In this document: in pieces, positions 11,382 to 23,700 of the stretch
Numbering within the stretch: position 1 is the stretch's first letter
How the letters are laid out: every line of letters starts with the position of its first letter
DNA from: Takakia lepidozioides
Taxonomy: Eukaryota > Plantae > Bryophyta
DNA length: 64,000 nt
Direction: 5' to 3'
NCBI GenBank assembly: GCA_030704615.1
Contig: CM060733.1
Coordinates: 56,110,001-56,174,000 of the forward strand
Notes under the pieces: generated by a model
Databases searched by the model: none
What the model saw: only the letters and a program-made list of their open reading frames with translations
Told to the model about the DNA's origin: nothing
Program-made: the position numbers and the translations under genes

Positions 11382-12348
11382 CACTAGTACAGAAACTGGT
11401 TTTTTTAACGGCTCTTCTCACACATTTTGGTGTGAAAAAAGCGCAAGTTCACACCCCCCCTTGGTGTTAGGTTAACCTAGTCCTTTGCACCACATGTGAA
11501 CTTTCTTGGTCCTGTGAAAAAAACCATCTCACACCAAACTTGCACCTGATGTGGCAGTAGGCTTAGGTGGCTCTTTTGACGGATATTTTGACGGTCGTTT
11601 TGACTGGTTAGTTCAACTACTATTTTGACTAAGTAATCTTAATGGTCTTTCTACGGTACTTATTACACCTCGGCGCCACCATGTTTGCCACATGTATGTC
11701 AAAGGGAATGCCACGTAATAGAGTCCATCAGAATTATTAAATAAATAATAGATATTAAGGGCTCTTCTTACGGACTCTCTCACACAGATTTAACACCAGG
11801 TTCAAGTCGTGGTGTGATCGCAATGACACTAGTGTGAATACTGTCACATCCACTGTTTTGTTCCTATTGGATGAAAAGTAAACAATTATTATTTGTTGAC
11901 AAATGCCAAAATGAATAGTCATATTATTATTATTATTATTCTTATAATAAATGGGATAGCACCCCAAAAGCCATTGGCTGCTTGATTTAATATGTAATAT
12001 ATTATTGTTTTAGAATTTTGATTTGTTTTGTTTCATTTAAACAAAAGCTTATTTAAAACATGGATAATAATTGTATTATGAACCACATTGACCAGTAGTA
12101 ATGTTATTAATATTAAATATAGCAAACAACCAGCAAAATACCACATTCATGTCTACACAAGTTTAATTTGGCTTGATGTGGGAAAATGAAGTTGCCTTTG
12201 AACAAGGGGATCTTGTGATCATACATGAGAATAGCAAGAGCATCAATTCAAAAAATACTGTTCATGTCAGAAGAGCAGTTTTGTTCACCTGTCTCAGCAA
12301 CCTTCAATCCATAAAGAAAACTAAACTAAACTTGTAGCATCTTCAATA

Positions 12349-15300
12349 TCACGCGTGTTTAATAAACTTTTCAGACCATAAGGTGGCACTTCCCTGCGTG
12401 TCACCCAATGTGGTATGATTAGGGGTAACAGAGTAGTCCGGGTACGGCAACACAACCTCTGAAATCATGACCGATTTCACATGGATACGGTAATAGTTGT
12501 CTGGCACATTTGCTTTCGGAAATCCAGCAATATATCCCACACCTGCCCTTCTTTTTGGTGCACAAGGATCAAACAATAACACCTTGTCGCCGATCTGAAA
12601 CTGCAACAAAAACCAGATTCCTATATCAGAAATGAACCCTGGAGAACAGAGACTGACAGCTTGGCACTCCTGCAAAATGCATCCTCGTTCTTCCAGCAAA
12701 CACCCCAACCCTACCTATTGCAGTACTTCCAATTCTGAATTGCATTTGCCTGTCTCTATACTCCATGCTGACATGATCAAAGGTGGAACGGTGCCATACC
12801 TAGTTGATAGCAGGTTCTGCATGGTCAACATGGATGTGGTAGGACGATGTCACAAAACTACCTTTGTAGGTTGTCAATCCTGCAGCTACACAGCGATACA
12901 TAGGGGGTGTATTGATCCAGCATCAGACAAGGAAACAAAAGAGGACAAAGGAAGTACTTACACTGTGCGGATTTTGTTGGTCACCCCATGGTTCAGTTAC
13001 ATCCACTGTGGTTGTAGTCTGATTGATAGCACATATTGTGCTTTCCCTGCCCATTGAACGCTTCACTGGTTTCACCATCTGCATATTGAATGACACATGA
13101 TCAAAAAATGAGAATAGCACGAATGACACACATTGTGAAGTAGCATTAACAATACAAATCCACCCACGCGCCCAAGCATTGAATCTTTTGCTCTCACCTT
13201 TCTTTGATTATGCTTTGTTGTTGCATCGGGAGGCAAAGTCGTTGGAACTCTGGCAGCAGGAAGCCCTGGTTCGGATGCCTTTGCAGATTGTTGTGATCCA
13301 CTACCCATGGCTGCAGTATTGAACAAGTAGTTGGGCTGCCCATATCTGTATGGGTGCCCTGACACATACTCAGGGATGTGTGCAGCCTTGGATACACCCT
13401 CTAACCAAGGCAGTAATTCTTTCATAAGCCTCTTGCAGTTTGGCTGATCCCTCAACTTCCATGGATACGGGAAGATGCAATTATTTGCAGGGTTGGGTAA
13501 GCAAGTGAGTGGGGAATCGTCCACCAGCAAAGTATTGGTTGGATTGTAATGGCTGTAGTCCTTCCAAAACTTACATAAGTTCTTGTACATGACAGTTTTA
13601 GAAGGATTGAGAGGGTCCACCATTCCCACAGGTTGGTCACAATAGTCTTGGTGAAGCACCATCTTTGGTTGCTTCCCAGGAAACAATGCTTTCACAACTG
13701 GAAGGACATTACTCAATGACATGGAAGACCATACACCTACATCAAAAATCTGAAGGCATCGGTCCAGAAACTCCTGACACCCAGGTCTGGAGGTGACAGT
13801 GGGCTCTAGGTGTTCCCTTGTTCGTAGTCTGCTCTCACATAACAATCCATTCAAGTCAAGTATAAGGATGTGTTTCTGCCTCTCAGTTGCCGAAGGGCAA
13901 TTACCAACAACTTGTACATGATTATCATGTACAAAAGACACACCTTTCTGTGGGGCACTCTGCAAATTCATGGAGACCTCACAGGCATATTGAGAGGGTA
14001 GTACATATGCCGGAAGTGCTACTGGTGTAGGGGACAACAAAACGGATGAACACTTTGCAGTTGCCTCAACAATATGGGGGGATGGATTGAGTTCACCTTC
14101 AGACCAACCCTCCATGTCATCATCCCCCTCCATTTCTGAAAGCCCAAACAATGAGCCTATTGTGTTTGGCTTTGGTGGCGGTGAAGAAACTGCCTTGAAC
14201 AGGTTGAGTGGTGAGCCCATAACATGAGAAATAGTCTCATTTGTTGTGTGTGGCGCAAAGGTGGTGCATGGTGGACCTGTAGGTTCCGAATCTGGCACAT
14301 TCATGCCAAGTTTAGCTGCGAGCGCAATGTTGAATGCAGCTGCTGCCTCCAGTTGGCCTTGGACTGCTTCCAAAGCTGCCTTGGAGCTGGCTTCCATCTG
14401 CACTTGTTTGTTTTCCATAGCATCGAGGCGAGCTGCTAGTGAACCAATTCCCTGCCCCATCACATAGAACACCTCCAAAGTAACAATTCACTACACTGAC
14501 TGATGAACTAGTAAGAAAACAGAACCAAACGGCAACTAGCAATGGCATGGAAATCACGAATATGTAATTCACACCAGAATTGGTACTGAGTTTATATACC
14601 GTTGTGGCTGCACTGCCTGTACACCCCGAGCCGTAGCCTTTGTCACTCCTGGCGCTACCGGCGATCTCCTGCAAACTTGGTGTACGTCCAGTCTCCTTCT
14701 CCTGTGATTGCAACAAACTTGCAAGTGTTAATGACTAGCATAGCACACTGCCAACAGTAAAGAATTATCTAGGATAGCGTCAATGACTCCCCCTCAATAA
14801 GAGTGCTTAGTTTCTTGCTGGCGCCCAACTCTGAGAAGGCCCCCAAGTAGTAGCAATGTGTACTAATTCAATGGTGATAGGAATAGACTCTGAGCTCCAG
14901 CCAAAAAAACCCAACACATAAAGTTTGTCAATGCAAAACAATGTGGGAACTTCCTATGTTGTAAGAGAAGTATACCAGTCGTGCTACAACACCGCTGATT
15001 CCACTGCGACCTGATCGAGATGTATTCTTCACACATCCCCGCGCCTTGACACCATTTGCCTGAAATTTCTTGAAATCAGTGGAACCCCAACTAACAACTA
15101 GTTGTGCCCATGTCTTGTCTGGCACATGATGGGGTTTGGGCAGCCCCACACTATAGTAATTTTTGAACAGCTTATTTCGTTGGTACTTGAGCTGCCCGCA
15201 AATTGTTTTTGTAATAGCCTTTATGTTAAGACCAGGAGGTCCGTATTCCCAATCTGAAGCCAGGATCTCCATGATCTTTTCAATTAAGTGTAATGGTTGA

Positions 15301-17935
15301 TCCTGAGCATACAATGACCAGTCCAACAAACGTTGACACTGCCCTCGCAGAGCTGTCATCCACTGGTTCCGAGCAGGACCTTCAGGGTTTCCAAGTTCAT
15401 CACAAGAAATGAAAAATTTCCTCCTCCCTACAGCCACATTCTGAGCAGCCTGGTCTCTCAGATCTTTTGCAAGTGCCCTTCTTTCCCTCCTTAAAGCATT
15501 TTTGCGTTCTATAGGAGTCACACCTGATGTCCCCCCAGGACTAAGGCTGGAATCCTGCAAGGTTTCAGCAGTACCATGCATGTTACCACCTTCACTCTGT
15601 TGGGGCTGGACTGCTGTCTCCCACCCCACAGGATGATGCGGAGCAAATGCATCCTCGGTCTGTTTCAGAATGCCTTTCCCTTTCAGGGTATTAGGTGTAC
15701 CTGGAGATGTTGGATAAAGAGGTGGCCGCGGTGCAGTGAAGCTCGAAGGTGCCGGCAGTTGTACTCCACTGTAGTTGGATCCTGAAGGTTGGTGGCCACC
15801 ATACTGGACCTGCCCCTGGTGTGGTCTTGCAGGGCTGGTAGGATAGAGGGAGGAAGTAGGTTGGTTGTACATAGGCCGAGGAGGATACATACTATGGGGA
15901 TGCATTCCATAATGGTGGTAAATGGAATACCCACCTTGACTAGGATCATGCATTGGAGCGCCTGCAGGTGGAGCAAAAGAATTGTAATTCTGGCACTGAG
16001 AATCATTGTTTGGAGGTTGATAGTGAGGATACGGCATGTGCCCATGCAGATTATACCCTGACATGGCAGGATACTGTGGGTACATAAGCGGATACGAGGG
16101 AGGAGCCGATACTGGTGGATACAAGGGAGCTGGAACGTCAGTCTGTGGAGTGGGCGGGGCTGGTTTTTCGTAAGGGGGAACAACCGCGCCACTCATCACA
16201 GCAGTTGGCGCAATAGTTGGTGCACACTTTGCTGGAGTAAGAGACTTATGCTCGTTCGCATCCTTCCCTGCAATTCCCTTCCTTTTTTTGACTGAACTCT
16301 GCACACATTGCTCAACAGAAACATGTGAAACAATACGACCATACTACTAGGGATGGCAAACCACGTGGGTAAGCCAAGCCCAAAGGCCTATGCAAGAAGA
16401 CCCTGTCAGTCAGACCTATGGTACAGTCAGCTGAATCGCATGCCTCATACCAGCGACCCTATGATAAATACCTGAATATTAGGAAGGAAGAACTCACCCT
16501 GCTAGATGAATCTGACGTGGAGGCTGAAGTGTCTAAGGCCATGTCAAAAGCATGAAGAATGTCCGAACAAAACAATGTTAGGCATAAACTTCCCTGAACT
16601 CGTTTCCAGTTTGTGACATGGGTGAGGACTTTGAGGATGATCTGAAGGGCAGACCTACCCTTGGCACTAGACTGAAAATTTAACCTCCGGATGGGGAGTC
16701 TACCTTTGAACAATAAACAGATGCAGAGAGGAAAGGGAGATTGTCGATGCTCACTGGTGTGGGTGGCCTGAAGACAATGTCCATTTTGTGATACAAGTCT
16801 GGGGTATTCTCATCAGAGAGCGACCCTCTTCAGGACCATCAAGAACATAGTCCCTGCACCTCTGTTCACCAACTATCAATATCTCAAGGCTGAGTCTAAA
16901 GCGGTGGGCCCTGTTGGGGTCTCATTGCTTGGTAGCCCACATACAACAAAACTGATGAACGTGTGAAGGGCTTTCTAAAAGGAATCTGGAAAGCCTGAAC
17001 TAATGTTTATAACACGGTAAGTCCTACTAATGGAGTGAGCCCCTCATTCTAATGGCAGACAGTTAATTAACTGTCTAGAAGATCTTCAGCTTTTCACCTT
17101 GAATATCAGGACAAGAGGTGACCAAGTGCAGTGGACTCGTGAGAAATCCCAAACTGGGGAACGCTCCATTGTGGATTATATCATAATGGACAAAAATTTG
17201 TTCCCCCAGTGTGCGAATGTGTTGATCGACAGAACTGATATTGCTACCTCTGACCAATTCTTGGTTTGGAATGAGATCAAAAGGTGTTTTCCCAACACCA
17301 AGAGATATGTGAAACATTCGATTCGGAAGTGGCGCATAGAAAAACTTCATAATGAGGAGGTCAAGGTTGAGTATGTCCAGGCCTTGCAAGAGGCTGCTTC
17401 TTTCATCGTTTCCATCTCTGACTCCGAGCTGGTCTCATTCAAGTCTTCATGTGCGGCATAATCTTGGTCTCGCTGCAATTCTTGATCTCGTGCCTCCTCT
17501 GTGTCTGACTCCGCTACCACCTGCGCTTCCTCCTCTTGCTCTACCTCTTTCTCCCGTTGTGACATTGCAGAGTGCAGGAGTTGAACTCTGTGACTTCGGC
17601 GAGGAGGACCTGTGTGTTTGAGGATTTCCTCAACGAGGCGTTTAGGGCGACTCAATCTCGCTTCGACGCTGCAAAGAAGAAGAAGAAAGACAATGTCAGC
17701 AGCAGCAAAACCCTAACATATCCTCTCTGCAGGTTTGGAGCTTTTAATGCGGTTTCATGGCTAGGGCTAGGTAGGGCATATGAAAAAACGCAAGTTCGGA
17801 CCTCTTTGCAATGTCGTAGATCTTCAGTCGTGCGAAGAATGCCTTGTTCTCCGCTTGACGCTTTGCTCGTTCTACCTCCCTCGCTGTAGGCTTGCGCCCT
17901 GGTGTAACTTCTGGACACTCTATGTCTGTCTCCAT
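12349..17935 (-). CDS. Multi-exon TnpA-like accessory gene of CACTA-1 with an FCP1/NIF-family HAD phosphatase-like domain
   Basis: Inferred exons ~17935-17802, ~17668-17400, ~16300-14975 (Pro-rich, then Ptta/En/Spm-like KPHHVPDKTWAQLVVSW...SRSGRSG), ~14703-14599, ~14478-13198 (coiled coil + ILDLNGLL...RPGCQEFL...VGVWSS...KNL...NTLLVDDSP), ~13078-12961 and ~12600-12349 (Tnp1-like GDKVLL...LPYP...LW). Boundaries are approximate. Confidence 0.75.
16400..17390 (+). mobile_element. Degenerate LINE fragments (3' region, then an APE-endonuclease C-terminal piece) inserted in CACTA-1
   Basis: ORF 17099-17461 has QWTR...SIVDYII...TSDQFLVW, which is APE endonuclease SxIDY/SDH-like. 16650-16790 matches 62865-63005 (GGCACTAGACTGAAATT...AAACAGATGCAGAGAGGAA...CCTGAAGACAAT). 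Confidence 0.7.
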
Positions 17936-17964
17936 TTCCTGACGAGTCTCACTCAGTCGCCAAG

Positions 17965-20900
17965 ATGATCCCTCCTACTGCCCATCGATTGCAAAGGCGG
18001 ACACAAGCAGAACATGACGATGACAGATTGTGGAAACTAGAGGAAGCGCGAGCAAGAAGACTGGGTCTTCGGAAAATTCTATGTCCATGCAATGCCTGTC
18101 ATGGTGGGAACTGGCAAACCATTGGCCGGGCTAAGCGTCATCTGCTTTTGAACTTGCGAGATCCTAACTTGCGAGAACTCCCGGTGCATATCTGTGGATT
18201 CTCTTCCCTTAACCCTGATGCATACTTTGAAATTATAAGAAACAGTTCAAATTCCTGGTAGCGGGATTGTTGTAAGGTGTAGAGTATTGTACATGCCCGT
18301 TTTCCTATTGCCACGTGCCTGTATTATGGCACGTTCCACATCCACCATTTCCAACCCTAAACTCCCCATCTTATTGTGGATTGACATGTGGACTGATATG
18401 CTTATAAGCAGGAAAACTCTGGAGACGAACATGAGGGGTTTAGAACGGAAACCAGCCCTGCAGGTGGTCCTGATACCTTGGATCGTAATCTTGACATGCT
18501 TAGAATGCTCCGGGAGACATTCGCAACTACAGATAATGGGGTGCAAACTGGTGATGCACATGAGGAACCGGGAGATGGAACACAGGGCCAATGGGACACA
18601 GATGGAGTGCCAGAGCAGACTGATGGTGGACTGAAGAGCGATGGTGATCGTGGTGCAGCGAGTGCCTTACGTTTTGAGCAGGAGGCATCCAGGGCTTTGT
18701 ATGTAGGGAGTTCTTCCTCTCGATTGTCTGCTACCTTACTGCTGTTAAATGCTTGTCAAACCCATGGTGTGTCAAACACCTTTGTCGATGAACTCCTTAC
18801 ATTGTTAGGAAGACAACTGTTGCCAGCAGACAATTGCCTGCCAAAGTCCCACTATGAGGCAAAACAACTCATAATGGAACTCGGGCTTCATTACGAGAGT
18901 ATACATGCATGTCCGAAAGGTTGTGTGTTGTTCAGAAGGGAGCTTCAAAATTTGGAGGTTTGTCCAAAATGTCAGGCATGTCGTTATGTGGTGGGTACGA
19001 AGACACCAGTACCTCGTAAGGTCCTTCGACATTTCCCTATCATTCCAAGGCTGCTTCGAATGTATAAAGCCAAATCCATCTCAGAGTTATTGTCATGGCA
19101 CTTTAAGAATCGAAGTTTGGATGGCTTGGTTAGGCACCCAGCAGACAGCAAGGCTTGGGCCCACATTGACCAAAAATGGCCTGAGTTTGCAGCGGACCCC
19201 AGAAATCTGCGATTGGGTCTCGCATGGGATGGTGTCAATCCTTACAGTGATAAATCAAACAAATGGTCAACTTGGCCTGTCATGTTGGTAAACTATAATC
19301 TTCCACCATGGCTGTGTACTAAGCCATTTTTCACGATGTTGGCTTTATTGATTCCTGGACCACAATCTGTGGGAAATGACAATGCAGATGTTTATCTGCA
19401 GCCCCTTGTGGATGAGCTGAAATTGTTGTGGGAAGTTGGTGTGGAGGCATTGGATGGAAGTAGCCTAGTGGGGCAACAGTCATTTCGCATGAGGGCCATC
19501 TTGATGTGGTCAATCCACGACTTTCCAGCTTATGGGTTGCTAGCAGGATGCGCACACGGGGGATACAAGGCCTGCCCAGCTTGCGGCCCTAATGTTGATT
19601 CCAGGTACTCCAAGGCATGCAAAAAAGTTTTGTATCTTGGTCATAGGAGATACTTGCCTGCTATTCATCCCTATAGGAATAACTCGTCCCACTTTAATGG
19701 ACATGTGGAACATAGAGCAGCTCCTATGGTGGTCACTGCAAGTGAGCAATTTGACCGGGCTACAACCAGAGAGTTGTATCTCGCAATGGGAGGGGCTGAG
19801 GGGGGAAAACTGGACCCTTCAAAGGAACATGGCATGAAACGGGTCACTGTTTTGAACCAATTGCCATACTGGAAAGACTTACTCATCCGATACACACTGG
19901 ATGTGATGCATTGTGAAAAAAATTTGTGTGAGAATGTGCTGAGAACCATTCTTGGGGAGAAGGACACAGCCACATCTAGGAAGGATATGGAACTCAATGT
20001 CATTCGTGAACACTTGTGGTTGAGACCCCATCCCTCTCACCCGAACAAGTTGGTCAAGCCTTTGGCCCCATATGTTCTTACTGAAGATGAGAAGGTGTTG
20101 TTTTTGGAAACATTGGCTGCAGTAAAGGCCCCCACAGGTTATGCTGCCACATTCCAGAAACATGTGGCTGACAATAAACTGTCTACAATGAAAACCCATG
20201 ACTACCATGTAATGATGCAGCAGATTTTACCTCTTTGCATTCGAGGGGTATTGGGAAAGGGTCCACGGATGGCAATTATGAGGCTTTCTCGAGTCTTCCA
20301 AAAAGTGTGTGCAAAGATCATTAATCCAGCTGAGGTACCGGCCTTAAAAGAAGATGTTGCAATCACTATGTGTCTGCTGGAGAAAGAATTCCCTCCGTCA
20401 TTTTTTGATATCATGACTCACTTGCTTGTACACCTTGTGGACGAATTGGAGGTGTGTGGTCCCGTGTCTAGCCGTTGGATGTATCCTATGGAACGGTATA
20501 TGAAGACATTAAAAGGCTATGTAAGGAATATGAGCCGACCTGAAGGGAGCATGGCGGAAGGGTATGCTTTGGATGAGGCCCTAGGGTTTCTAACTGAGTA
20601 TATGGCTGAATTTCATGCTACAAGCCGAAGGGTGTGGGACTCCAATGAAGAAGACTCAATTAGTGGGGAGGTGGTTGAAGGATTGGGAACTGTACGAGTC
20701 CTCACCATTCAAGAACGAGACAGTGCACACGAGTATATTTTGCACAACACAGATTGCATGAAACCATTCCTTGAGTAAGTATGTTGCTTATCATATCCTG
20801 TGTGTTTCATTTCTGCCAATGGTATAAGCTGTAATCCTAATTTGCAATTCTCATTTGGACAGGGCCTATGAAGAGGAGATGGCACTCATAGAAGCATCCC

Positions 20901-21775
20901 GCACTGAGTTCAGAACATCATACCTTTGTGGACAAGACCAAGACCACCACAATGGAGAAATTCCATACCCAACAGATATGCGCTTACTGGCTCCATTCCA
21001 TGAATGGATTGAAGGTGCTGTCCAACGCAAGGTGAGTTCAGGTGAGTCCTATGATTTGGACATATGCCATTTATGTATACCACCAGCAGTACAGTCATTG
21101 GGCTTCAAGTCCATGTATGCTTACGGCAATCACTTTCGAGCAATAAGTGATGGGACTGGCGCCAGAGACAGGGTGACATTTGATTCTGGAGTTGCTCAAG
21201 TATTCCATCAGGAAAGCGAAAACAGAGCAGGTATGTCCAGACGAGTGTTATCCCAATTGGAATATGTGGGTGTTGTAAGAGAAATAATTCAACTGGATTA
21301 CGGAATTCTTCACCCAATTTTGTTCTTGTGTACATGGGTGAGGTCACACATGGTGGGCCGGAATGCCACCATGAAACGAGATGATTATGGCTTTCTCTTG
21401 GTTGACTTCAGTCGCATGTTGCCTGGGATGGAGCAGCCCTGGACATTCCCTAGTCAGGTGGAGCAAGTTTTTTTCTCGGATGAAAAAAGTTCACGAGGGA
21501 ACTGGAAGGTGGTCCTTCACAAGGACCCTCGATCCCGACGAGTGGTTCACGATATTACAAAAGTGGCACTGGGTGAGGGAGACATTTATGTAGGCATGGT
21601 GCCTCCTGAAATTCCTCATAACATCATGACTGAGCTTGCTGTTTGTGTTCCTTTGAGTGAGGCACATGAATTGGCCATTGCCAACTTGAATGCACCTGCA
21701 AGGCAGAGGCGAAATGGTAGAAGGCGGAGGCAAGCTCCACATGGGAGGTACCAAGCCAGTTGTGCTATGGTGTAG
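17965..21775 (+). CDS. tnpD: CACTA TnpD-like transposase (transposase-associated Cys motif, Tnp2/Transposase_21, DUF4218, DUF4216), probably 3 exons
   Basis: ILCPCNAC..HLL; IHACPKGCVLF..CPKC; HPADSKAW..PRNLRLGLAWDGVNP; IHDFPAYG; LDVMHCEKN; KTHDYH; FFDIMTHLLVHL; RWMYPMERY; FPSQVEQVFF..WKVV. Intron ~20775-20862 (GT..AG). The 766-aa main ORF is uninterrupted. Confidence 0.95.
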
Positions 21776-23383
21776 AGTTGGTTTCTGCTATTGCATGTAC
21801 TTTTCCAGGGTTTAGACTTGATACAACATGGTACCTTCCATGGGTGGGAGTGACTGAGCTGTTGGGGTGGGCAGAATTCTGACAAACACACTTTCATTTG
21901 TGACAGTGAACCCTAAACAGTCATGAAGCTGTGGCATGAATACTTTTCTGACCCTAATCAATGGTGGCCCAATTGTGGGAAAAAGGTGAATGCATGTTGG
22001 ATTATAGAGAGTAGCAGATGCAATTGAGCATAGGAACTAGTGTGAGAAGTTGAGTTGGGTGTTTCCTTGAACAAATGTAGGCTGTTATTGTCAGTTGCTA
22101 CCAGCAAGGCAAAGATGTATGCATGATTTGTGAGAGGCATGGATAGCTGAAGGAGCAGGGATAGAGTGTGGGTCCAGATTCATCCAAGAGGGCCACATTT
22201 CAAGCACAACATTGCCTATGATTCCTTGTGGAAGGATTGGTACAAGAAACCTGCATGGGTAGATGGTCAACTGGAAGCCGCAGCAGCAGTGGCACAATTG
22301 GTAAAATCAGGCAATGAGGGCACCTTCTTCAACACATTTCAGCCTGTTTTTCCCCCTTATCACAATCGGCCCTAAATTTCCATGTTGAATTATGCAAGTT
22401 AGCTGGTTGACTGAATCTTTGATAGATTGGAGTGACTTTGACATGATACTGCCAATGTGACAACAGGAAAGTATCCAGAAACAGGTACAAGAGATAAGGA
22501 GAAGGTGTGGAATGAATACTTTTCTGATTTGGTCAAGTTTAGGGAGTGTTCAACACCATGGCTGAACAAGATGTGGTGTCGTGGAGCGCGATGCTTGCAG
22601 GATGTGCACAGCAGTGAAGTGGGATGGAGCCTTTGAATTGCTGAATTGGCCATTGCCAACTTGAATGCACTTGCAAGGCAGAGGCGAAATGGTAGAAGGC
22701 GGAGGCAAGCTCCACATGGGAGGTACCAAGCCAGTTGTGCTATGGTGTAGAGTTGGTTTCTGCTATTGCATGTACTTTTCCAGGGTTTATACTTGATACA
22801 GCATGGTACCTTACATGGGTGGGAGTGACTGAGCTGTTGGGGTGGGCAGAATTCTGACAAACACACTTTCATTTGTGACAGTGAACCCTAAACAGTCATG
22901 AAGCTGTGGCATGAATACTTTTCTGACCCTAATCAATGGTGGCCCAATTGTGGCAAAAAGGTGAATGTCTGTTGGATTACAGAGAGTAGCAGATGCAATT
23001 GAGCATATGAACTAGTGTGAGAAGTTGAGTTGGGTGTTTCCTAGAACAAATGTAGGCTGTTATTGTCAGCTGCTACCAGCAAGGCAAGGATGTGTGCATG
23101 ATTTGTGCAGAGGCATGGATAGCTGAAGGAGCAGGGATAGAGTGTGGGTCCAGATTCATCGGTGAGGGCCACATTTCAAGCACAACATTGCCTATGATTC
23201 ATTGTAGGAGAATAGCTACAAGAAACCTGCATGGGTAGATGGTCAACTGGAAGCTGCAGCAGCAGCGACACAATTGGTAAAATCAGGCAATGAGGGCACC
23301 TTCTTCAACACATTTCACCCTGTTTTTCCCTCTTATTAGAATCGGCCCTAAATTTCCATGTTGAATTCTGCAAGTTAGCTGGT
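21667..23383 (+). repeat. ~740-bp direct duplication (21667-22407 and 22642-23383) inside CACTA-1
   Basis: Near-identical blocks offset by 975 bp. The antisense ORFs 21616-21897 and 22399-22872 share their first ~75 aa. Confidence 0.95.
21920..22530 (+). pseudogene. Captured fragment of an OSB-type organellar ssDNA-binding protein gene (PDF-motif repeats); second copy at ~22895-23290
   Basis: KLWHEYFSDPNQWWPNCGKK | GT..AG intron | IHPRGPHFKHNIAYDSLWKDWYKKPAWVDGQLE, then DKEKVWNEYFSD. This resembles the OSB motif WxxFFxNPxxWWDNRxxK-xxPxxPDFKHK-xxxxLW. Confidence 0.7.
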
Positions 23384-23700
23384 GGTGGACACATGTATAG
23401 CAAATGTGGGAGCACTGAGGATGCGTGTTCAACACTATGGCTGAACGAGATTGTGCGTTTGCAGTGCGTGTGCAAGTCTGGCAGCTTTGGATGTATCACC
23501 AAAGTTGGAATTGTAACAGATGCGATCCAAATGTGGGGAGCATCAAGGGCAAACCTGGCAGCTCTGGAAAAAGGGAAGAGGTCCATGGCTTCATTGTCAA
23601 AGCTGGAATTCTACCTGATGTGATTCTGAACAATGCCCTCGTGGACATGTATGCCAAATGTGGGAGCATCAAGGATGCGAAGGCAGTTTTCCAACACTAT
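22540..23700 (+). pseudogene. Captured PLS-class PPR gene fragments (~22540-22640 and ~23385-23700)
   Basis: VFNTMAEQDVVSWSAMLAGCAQ; MYSKCGSTEDA; HGFIVKAGILPDVILNNALVDMYAKCGSIKDAKAVF. Confidence 0.85.
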
